Positions 58,001-64,000 of a stretch of DNA of 64,000 nt are shown in pieces; the stretch's first letter is position 1; each line of letters starts with the position of its first letter. The stretch is from Poseidonia sp. Lineage in GTDB: Archaea > Thermoplasmatota > Poseidoniia > Poseidoniales > Poseidoniaceae. The position numbers were made by a program, and so were the translations under genes. Under the pieces are notes generated by a model that was not told the DNA's origin, made no database searches, and was given only the letters and a program-made list of their open reading frames with translations. Location: the NCBI GenBank assembly GCA_040261535.1, contig JBDQNU010000006.1:3033-67032 (forward strand). Direction: 5' to 3'.

Positions 58001-58062
58001 CGGTCGATGCCCTTGTTGAGGCTTGGAAAGGGACGTTGGATTTGACGGGAGGTGTTGCCTGA
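55042..58062 (+). CDS. purL: Phosphoribosylformylglycinamidine synthase PurL with N-terminal PurS-like extension
   Basis: AQTWSEHCKHK, KAETHNSPS, DGIHGA, VQIGDP, DNGAGG, SESQERM, QYDHEV, SGKDS and HDCSEGG. Confidence 0.93.
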   Translation: MPLTRVEVTPRQGEGMRDVRGDVVRRQLMADHGIEVQDVRTVCGYLIEGDTSSEAIAARVDDVFADPIIEHGATNELMLSSAFFETVPEGVVSVGFKPGVTDNPGKAATDGFLTLFPDDRNARIATYITYAFYGLPEGCDLQWLAGTLHNGLIERTVVATAEQCTARAWPQLDYPTPPEQVFIEPQPVNLEVSDDELESISTQGLLALNLAEMQAIQAHYRDPQTRAVRKAAGVSPDAPTDVELECLAQTWSEHCKHKIFASKIHHVDEETGEDTVIDSLFKTHIMKPTHDMQNEVDWLLSVFHDNSGVIAWDDEWSVCMKAETHNSPSALDPYGGAMTGIVGVNRDILGTGLGARPIANTDVFCFGPPDWEGDLPDNLFHPSRVLRGVHAGVRVGGNESGIPTVNGAIVFDDRYIGKPLVYCGTVGIMPRTLGDGRPSHVKTPVAGDIVYMVGGRVGYDGIHGATFSSLELTEESPSSAVQIGDPITQKKMLDMVLEARDAGLISCITDNGAGGLSSSIGEMAEYTNGCEIDLAKVPLKQAGLSPWEILVSESQERMTIAVRPEDQAAFESLAHLHEVEATPVATFTSTGVFHVRYNETTVAYLPIEFLHDGVPQLELESAWAPPEHLPFAPPKDADHNRLLLGMLQRPNIASKETWVRQYDHEVIAQTAVKPFVGVERDGPGDAGLIAPLHGNPHGLVISCGIAPRYSDIDAGAMAAAAIDEAVRNAVCVGLDVDKMAGLDNFCWPDPIESTKTPDGRFKLAQLVRANRELERVCRAYRLPCVSGKDSMKNDYGSGPDKISIPPTLLFSLFGDHPDVRFTATSDFKQAGDRVYLVGSSRQELGASEVAFMLTESGASPGIGGTVPQLNHPQDNLATYRVLANTIRQGLVRTAHDCSEGGLAVALAEMCIGGRLGAEIDVDGTGEGDLWGRLWGESLGRIVVAVAPENDETFRTAMKGHPLTVLGNVNETDALVVVDGDEELIASPVDALVEAWKGTLDLTGGVA

Positions 58063-58910
58063 TGACTCCTCATGTCGCCGTTTTGTTCGGTTTTGGAATC
58101 AATTGCGACCACGAGACAAAAGCCGTGTTCGAACTCGTAGGAGCCACAGCGGAGCGAGTCCACGTCAACCGTTTTGTTTCGGGCGCCGCATCGCTCTCGG
58201 ACTACGACATTCTCGCCGTTCCCGGGGGCTTCTCGTTCGGTGATCATTTGGGAAGCGGGCGACTCTTGGGCAACCGGATGCGTTTTGCCATGCGCGACGC
58301 TCTGCGAGCGTTCGTGGACGCCGGCAAACCCATCATCGGTATTTGCAACGGGTTTCAAGTGCTGGTGAAAACCGGCCTTTTGCCGGGTCCCGAAGCCAAC
58401 CAGTCCCCGGATTTCATCCAGCGGGCCAGTCTCACGTTGAACGATAGCGGACGTTACGAAGACCGGTGGGTGACCTTGGAATTTGACTCCGAAAGCCCCT
58501 GCATCTGGACGAAGGGCATGACGCGAATGGAATGCCCCGTCCGTCACGGCGAAGGCAAGTTCGTGATGCCGTCGGCCGAGGATTTGGACCGGCTTGCGGC
58601 CAACCGTCAGTTAACGGTGCGGTACGTGGACCCCAAAGCCCCCGCCGACACCCACTCAAGCGATTCGGTTTTGCCGTACCCGATCAGTCCAAACGGAAGC
58701 ATGCGAAACATTGCAGGCATTTGCGACAGCACCGGCCTCGTGTTTGGGCTTATGCCGCATCCCGAGGCCGTGTACGCTCGCTGGCTCCATCCCAACCACA
58801 CCCATCCTTCATCGAAGGCCGTTGGCGACGCGATGGACGGCTGGGAGGGCGAAGGACTGCAACTCTTCCGGAACGCCGTTGACCACGTTAAAGCCACACG
58901 TCAGGGATGA
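58062..58910 (+). CDS. purQ: FGAM synthase glutaminase subunit PurQ
   Basis: GINCD.ET, PGGFSFGD, GICNGFQ, HGEG, PNGS and MPHPE; translationally coupled to purL (TGATG). Confidence 0.95.
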   Translation: MTPHVAVLFGFGINCDHETKAVFELVGATAERVHVNRFVSGAASLSDYDILAVPGGFSFGDHLGSGRLLGNRMRFAMRDALRAFVDAGKPIIGICNGFQVLVKTGLLPGPEANQSPDFIQRASLTLNDSGRYEDRWVTLEFDSESPCIWTKGMTRMECPVRHGEGKFVMPSAEDLDRLAANRQLTVRYVDPKAPADTHSSDSVLPYPISPNGSMRNIAGICDSTGLVFGLMPHPEAVYARWLHPNHTHPSSKAVGDAMDGWEGEGLQLFRNAVDHVKATRQG

Positions 58911-58913
58911 AGC

Positions 58914-59984
58914 ATGCCCGAGGTGGAGCGCCAAACCTCCATCGACGCATTGCGCGGTTTGGCCGTGCTGCTGATGGTGATGGTGCACGCCGCAGCAACA
59001 TGGACCCCAGCAAATGCATCGGAGTTGACGGTTTTAGCGACCGTCGTCTCCGGTTTCGGCGGACTCGCCGCTCCCTTGTTTGTCACGTTGTTTGGTTGGG
59101 GCCTTCTTCAGCGTTCGCGAACATGGTCGGAGCGATGGCGGCAGGCGGCCTTTCTTTTCGTCTGCCAGACAGGAGTCAACCTTTCAGCGCCCCATTTGTT
59201 CCAACCTTTCACACCAGGCGTCCTTTCGCTGATGGGGTTGATGATTCTCTCCGAGCCCTTGTGGGCGGCACCATGGCGAACAGGTCGAACCCCGTTCAAC
59301 GTCTTCCTCATCGTTGCGGCGACCATGCTCGCCTTCCTTTGGTTCGCACATCCTCTGCAGGGGCCTTCCAACTGGGATGCACGGGTTGAAACGGCAACCG
59401 CTTTCGAGATCGCATCGCATTTGCTTTTGACGGGCACGTATCCGTTGCTCCCTTGGGTTCTTTTTGGTGCGTTTGGTGCAACAATCGCTCTCCAACGGGG
59501 ACGCCGCCCCCTCGTTTTCACGTTCGCCGTTGGGATGGGAATTTCGGCGGTTGTGCTGTTTCTGGCACTTTCAACCAACACGCCATGGGCGTTGCCGACC
59601 GGCGAGGCCGCCCTGACGTTTTTTCCAGCAAACGGTCCGTTTTTGATCGCCGCCTTGACCGGCGTGAGCCTGTTTTGGTTGTTGGTTGATGGCAGAACAT
59701 GGATGAACGGGTTAGCGGGGGCCGGACGATGCAGCCTCACCCTCTACGTCGCTCATTTCCTCCCGTTGTTTTGGCTGCATACCTTGGACGAGCAGGGCTC
59801 GTGGACGCTCAATCTTTCCATGGCCGTTACGGTGGTTTACACGGCAACGTGGATGGTCGTTGGAACGTTCTGGTGGAAACAGCGCCCTCAGTGGACGCTC
59901 GAGGCTGCTTGGAGGCGTTGGAGTCGCCGCCCAAGCTCACCGTTGCATGAGCAGGTGGTACGCGTCGAAGGCGTAGAACACTGA
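58914..59984 (+). CDS. HGSNAT-like / DUF1624 membrane acyltransferase-like protein
   Basis: IDALRGLAVLLMVMVH N-terminal motif, YPLLPW and SLTLYVAH; many TMs. Confidence 0.75.
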   Translation: MPEVERQTSIDALRGLAVLLMVMVHAAATWTPANASELTVLATVVSGFGGLAAPLFVTLFGWGLLQRSRTWSERWRQAAFLFVCQTGVNLSAPHLFQPFTPGVLSLMGLMILSEPLWAAPWRTGRTPFNVFLIVAATMLAFLWFAHPLQGPSNWDARVETATAFEIASHLLLTGTYPLLPWVLFGAFGATIALQRGRRPLVFTFAVGMGISAVVLFLALSTNTPWALPTGEAALTFFPANGPFLIAALTGVSLFWLLVDGRTWMNGLAGAGRCSLTLYVAHFLPLFWLHTLDEQGSWTLNLSMAVTVVYTATWMVVGTFWWKQRPQWTLEAAWRRWSRRPSSPLHEQVVRVEGVEH

Positions 59985-60575
59985 GAACCCAAGCATCACC
60001 GTGCCGCATCCTGCAAGCAGGCGTTTGTAGGCGGCCACGGAAAGGTCGTCGCTTGCTCGGTGAATCGCATAAGCCACACCAACCTTGGTCAACATGAGCG
60101 TGACGAGGAAGGACACGGCGTAGGCAACGGGAGCAAGGAGTTCCTCTTCGACCACGGAGGCCATCAAGGGTCCTCCGATCAAGAACCAGAAGACGTACAC
60201 GTTGGGGTTAAGCAGGTTGGTCACGACGCCTCGCAGAAACGAGTCTTTGGGCAGACCCGACTCGATTGTCCCGGGGGCGGGGGGCTCGAGCCGGAAGCAT
60301 TCCAGGCCCATCTTTGCGAGAAAGAGAGCACCGGCAACGGTGATGGCCAGCAGCACCGACGGGTTTGTCGCAATCCACGCCGCAGCGAAGAGGCTCAGAA
60401 TGACCAACGGCCCGTCCGAAAAGATCGGGGCGGCCGCTGTCCAAACTCCAGCACGCAACCCTCCAGAGAGGGTTTCTCGAATCACCATCGTGAGCAGAGG
60501 CCCAGGCTTCAACCCTTCAACCACGCCGAGCAGTATGCCCGCCAAGGCAAGACTGAGAACGAGGCCGACCTCCAT
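59937..60575 (-). CDS. LysE family translocator
   Basis: KPGPL and NLLNP motifs; about 6 TMs. Confidence 0.85.
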   Translation of the reverse strand: MEVGLVLSLALAGILLGVVEGLKPGPLLTMVIRETLSGGLRAGVWTAAAPIFSDGPLVILSLFAAAWIATNPSVLLAITVAGALFLAKMGLECFRLEPPAPGTIESGLPKDSFLRGVVTNLLNPNVYVFWFLIGGPLMASVVEEELLAPVAYAVSFLVTLMLTKVGVAYAIHRASDDLSVAAYKRLLAGCGTVMLGFSVFYAFDAYHLLMQR

Positions 60576-60681
60576 TGGAAGACGCTCCCCGACACCGGTC
60601 TTTGACTGCGTCGCTCGTCAACCGTTGAGGCGCAGCGGACGAATCCGCCACACCTCGCTGGTGTGAGAACCGTCGAAGGCT

Positions 60682-61548
60682 TCACTCAGCTGCGAGAGCT
60701 TCGGTAGCCTTCTTGGCGCCCATCCATGCAACGATACCGAAGCCGATCTTGTTGATCACGTCGGCGATGTTGTACAGGACGGCCATGACTTCAGCCGAAA
60801 CAGCATCGGAAACGCCAGCGGTGGGGTTGAACAAGTAGCCGATGGGGTAGATGACCCAGCCGACGACGATGAACCAGCGCAGAGCGTTGGTGCTCCACAT
60901 GAGTTCTGGTGCGATCTTGCTGTTGTCAACACCCTTTCCGGAGGACCATGGGGTACCGGTGGCCACGATGATCATGGCCCAGCCAACACCACCGAGGATG
61001 AGGCCGAGCATGCCGTCAATGGCGCCGGACTCGCCGAGGTAGCCGAATCCAATCATGATGAGGGCACCGGTGAAACAAATGCCGGTGAATCCGAGGCCGA
61101 GGAATTTGTCGTCGGTGATGGCGTCCTTCCCAACCAAGGATGGGAACTTGAGGGCCATCAAGGGGACGGTGATGATCCAGTCCATGTATCGGTATTCGAT
61201 GGAGACCTCGCCGTAGTCGGCGTAAACGCCGCGCATGTAGTAGTAGTGGAAGGCTGCGATACCGACGATGAGGGCCGAGATGGTCATCGTGGTTCGGTAT
61301 TGCGGTGCGACGGAGTTTCGCTCCGACATGAAGAAGACGAAGGCTGCACCCATGGCGATGTAACCCACGAAAAAGAGGAAGAAGGTGACGAGTTGGAGGG
61401 TGTCATCCACGCCGTCGGAAAGGAAGTCCGGGAGGCCGTTGCTGCCCTTTTCGTAGGGGGCAACAGCGGACACGGTCCCTGCGAAAGCGAGGGTCATGGT
61501 GGCGATCAAAAGCAGGCTGGTTGTTTTTGAGAAGGTTTCGGTTTTCAT
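60682..61548 (-). CDS. Microbial rhodopsin, proteorhodopsin-like (DTK motif)
   Basis: Signal-like leader, 7 TM, HYYYM, helix C RYMDWIITVPLMALK, GW..YP.GY, retinal lysine in ADVINK. Confidence 0.93.
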   Translation of the reverse strand: MKTETFSKTTSLLLIATMTLAFAGTVSAVAPYEKGSNGLPDFLSDGVDDTLQLVTFFLFFVGYIAMGAAFVFFMSERNSVAPQYRTTMTISALIVGIAAFHYYYMRGVYADYGEVSIEYRYMDWIITVPLMALKFPSLVGKDAITDDKFLGLGFTGICFTGALIMIGFGYLGESGAIDGMLGLILGGVGWAMIIVATGTPWSSGKGVDNSKIAPELMWSTNALRWFIVVGWVIYPIGYLFNPTAGVSDAVSAEVMAVLYNIADVINKIGFGIVAWMGAKKATEALAAE

Positions 61549-61577
61549 GGTTCTCAGACTGCCACCTTCCAAGTGAA

Positions 61578-61585
61578 TATATAAA
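61578..61585 (-). promoter_or_regulatory. TATA box of rhodopsin gene
   Basis: TTTATATA on the minus strand 30 nt upstream of ATG 61548, preceded by an A-rich element GCAAAAAT. Confidence 0.6.
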
Positions 61586-61619
61586 GAGGTGTATTTTTGC
61601 TATCTTTCGCGCGGCGATT

Positions 61620-63398
61620 TTAACGGTTCCCCGCACTTCCCGTCTGCACCGCCCACAGCTTCGCATAGATCCCGTCTTGTTGGATGAGCGTTTCATGAGC
61701 ACCGTCCTCAGCGATGGCTCCCTGGTCGAGAACCACGATGCGGTCAGCATGGCGCACGGTGGAAAGACGGTGGGCAATCACAATCGTCGTTCTACCCTTC
61801 GATATTCGTTGAATACTCCGCTGCAGCGCCGCCTCGGTTTCGTTGTCAACCGCCGATGTCGCTTCGTCCAACACGAGCAGTGGAGCATCTTTGAGAACCG
61901 CTCGTGCGATGGCCACGCGTTGTCGTTGTCCTCCTGACAAGCGATGACCGCCTTCGCCAACCAACGTATCCCAACCGCACGGTAGGGACTCAACAAAGGC
62001 AGCGGCTTCAGCAACTTCGGCGGCTTTCACGACTTCTTCGTCGGTGGCTCCAGGGCGCCCGTATCGAATATTTTCAAGGATGCTCGTCGGAAACAGCGTG
62101 ATGTGCTGGTCAACCAAAGCGATGGATGAGCGCAACGCTTGAAGTCGCCATTCGGCAAGCGGCTCGTCGCACCACACGACGCTACCCCGGTTGGGTTCAA
62201 CAAAACGAAGGAGGAGGCGGATAAGCGTGGTTTTTCCCGCTCCCGTGGAGCCCACAACGCCAGTGGTTTTCCCCGCTTCGAACGTCAACGAGAACCCGTC
62301 GAACAGCGCGTCACGGTCCGAATATGCAAAGGCGACGTCGTCCAGGACGAGCGGACTTGAAGCCACGGTGGTTCGTTCGGGCTCAAACGTTCCTTGTTTG
62401 AGCGCGATGGGTGCATCCAAGACATCGAGCACACGGGTCGACGACGCCATGGCGCGCTGATACAAGTCGAACGTTTCGCCGAGTCTTGTTAGGGGCCAAA
62501 GAAGGCGCTGCGTCATGAAAACAAGAACGGAATAAGCACCCACTGCCAGGGCTCCATCCAACGTCAACCAACCTCCCAAAAGAAGCGTTGCCGTGAACCC
62601 GACCAAGATGGCCATTCGGATGAGAGGCGTGAAGGCTGCTGAGAGCCGAATCGCTTCCCGGTTTGCCTCACGATAGGCATTGCTGAGCGAACGAACACGT
62701 TCCAATTCGTGCTGTTCAGCCGTAAAGGATTGAACCGTCGACATGCCGGAGAGGTCGTTTTCGAGCAGGGCGTTCATCTGACCGGCGGCAGAACGCACCT
62801 TGGCATACCGTGGTTCGAGACTGCGTTGATAGCGAAACGAACCCCAGACGATGAGCGGGATGGGCAGAACGGCAAACAACGCAACCTGCCACGAGATGGC
62901 AAGAAAGACCGCTCCGACCACCACCACGGTGGTGCTGACCTGCAACAGGTCGTTGGCTCCCTTGTCCAAAAACCGCTCAAGTTGGTTGATATCGTCGTTC
63001 AAGATGGCGAGAATATCCCCTTTCTGTCGGCCGTCAAACCACGCCATGCCCTGTTTTTGGACGTGGTCAAACGTGTCGAGCCGCAACTCGTGCTGCACGG
63101 TTTGAGCCAAGTTACGCCACAAAACGCCGTAGAAATATTCGAACAACGATTCCAAGCCCCAGATGAGAAAGGTCAACACCGAAAGGGCCACCAGTTGGTG
63201 CCAAGGGTCAACGACACCGAGGCCAGCGAGGGTTGACTCCTCCTTTAGCACGACGACATCGACGGCGAGCCCGATCAACAACGGCGGGGCAAGGTCCCAA
63301 ATCTTGTTGACGATGGAACAGAACGTGGCCAGTCGTACCGTGCCTCGATGCGGGCGCATGAACGTCAGCAATCGTCGAAACGGACCACCTTCGCTCAT
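61620..63398 (-). CDS. ABC transporter permease/ATP-binding fusion (MsbA/MdlB-like exporter)
   Basis: N-terminal TM domain; GSTGAGKT, LSGGQRQR, LDEATSAVD and IAHRLST. Confidence 0.93.
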   Translation of the reverse strand: MSEGGPFRRLLTFMRPHRGTVRLATFCSIVNKIWDLAPPLLIGLAVDVVVLKEESTLAGLGVVDPWHQLVALSVLTFLIWGLESLFEYFYGVLWRNLAQTVQHELRLDTFDHVQKQGMAWFDGRQKGDILAILNDDINQLERFLDKGANDLLQVSTTVVVVGAVFLAISWQVALFAVLPIPLIVWGSFRYQRSLEPRYAKVRSAAGQMNALLENDLSGMSTVQSFTAEQHELERVRSLSNAYREANREAIRLSAAFTPLIRMAILVGFTATLLLGGWLTLDGALAVGAYSVLVFMTQRLLWPLTRLGETFDLYQRAMASSTRVLDVLDAPIALKQGTFEPERTTVASSPLVLDDVAFAYSDRDALFDGFSLTFEAGKTTGVVGSTGAGKTTLIRLLLRFVEPNRGSVVWCDEPLAEWRLQALRSSIALVDQHITLFPTSILENIRYGRPGATDEEVVKAAEVAEAAAFVESLPCGWDTLVGEGGHRLSGGQRQRVAIARAVLKDAPLLVLDEATSAVDNETEAALQRSIQRISKGRTTIVIAHRLSTVRHADRIVVLDQGAIAEDGAHETLIQQDGIYAKLWAVQTGSAGNR

Positions 63399-63494
63399 GT
63401 GCTGGCCAGCAAGCGGTCCTTTGAGAAGGCTCCCGTGCCCACGCATGCAGCGCAAGCCCTATGCCCTTTCCCCAACGACCTCGCAACGAGTCGC

Positions 63495-64000
63495 ATGAAC
63501 GTCGGTGAAGGTTCGGTGCTTTCCAAAGTCTGCAGGCCGACCGAGGGCGCCCGCCACATCACGCTCATCGACCCGGCTAAACAATCTCCGGAGGTGGCCG
63601 CGAAGCGAGCCATGGTCGCCGTGGAATGCGGGACGGCGATGATTTTTGTTGGAGGGTCAACCGACACCCCCGATACGGTGGTTCATGCGACCTGTGTGGC
63701 CATTCAGGAGGCGCTTGAGTTGCGAATCTTTGCAGCAAGCCAAGATCCAGAGGGCGACGAAGGACGTTGGGACATTCCTGTTGTTCTGTTCCCGGGGGGC
63801 GCTCACGCCCTTTCTCCGGCCGCTGACGCCATCACCTTCATGATGCTCATGAACTCAACAAAGCGGGAATTCCTCGTTGGTGAACAGGTCCGAGGTGCAC
63901 CGCACCTGGAACGCTTTGGGGTCGAGGCCTTGCCCACCGGATACGTCGTGTGTGCGCCTGGCGGGCGGGTTGGCGAGGTTGGGGCAGCCGAACTGCTTGA
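63495..64000 (+). CDS. Geranylgeranylglyceryl phosphate synthase (runs off the window end; absent from ORF track)
   Basis: Manual translation from ATG 63495: HITLIDPAKQ, IFVGGST, PVVLFPG, ADAITFMMLMNS and PTGYVV. Confidence 0.88.
   Translation, partial: MNVGEGSVLSKVCRPTEGARHITLIDPAKQSPEVAAKRAMVAVECGTAMIFVGGSTDTPDTVVHATCVAIQEALELRIFAASQDPEGDEGRWDIPVVLFPGGAHALSPAADAITFMMLMNSTKREFLVGEQVRGAPHLERFGVEALPTGYVVCAPGGRVGEVGAAELL

Noticed and set aside
59937..59984. 48-bp convergent overlap of two CDS (similar 35-bp overlap at 21194-21228)
   Set aside because: Short 3' overlaps are ordinary in compact genomes and both proteins look complete

Overview
This 64 kb window is gene-dense, GC-rich archaeal chromosome. 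The gene content most resembles Marine Group II Euryarchaeota (Poseidoniales): GGGP synthase, Dph5, split GMP synthase subunit A, a beta-CASP nuclease, a proteorhodopsin-like DTK rhodopsin, KatG and many secreted or lipoprotein peptidases. That assignment is inferred from family recognition, not from a search. About 58 CDS and one tRNA-Leu(GAG) are supported; two CDS are cut by the window edges and are missing from the ORF track. I found no CRISPR array, transposase or integrase. The strongest unexplained signal is an AT-rich intergenic region (about 45188-45506) with two inverted 25-bp ORB-like elements, mini-ORB-like sites and a 12-bp direct repeat, sitting at a gene-strand switch with no cdc6/orc1 in the window: a candidate replication origin. 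Other candidates are a His-rich LVIVD-type propeller + SCO + small-protein locus between two paralogous M28 lipoprotein peptidases, a ferredoxin / degenerate flavoprotein / desaturase run, a HerA-like ATPase fused to a multi-TM domain, an iodotyrosine deiodinase-like flavoprotein beside a katG-fur iron/peroxide cluster, a fused TupB-TupC tungstate transporter, and an LDL-receptor class A-like motif in a secreted protein.
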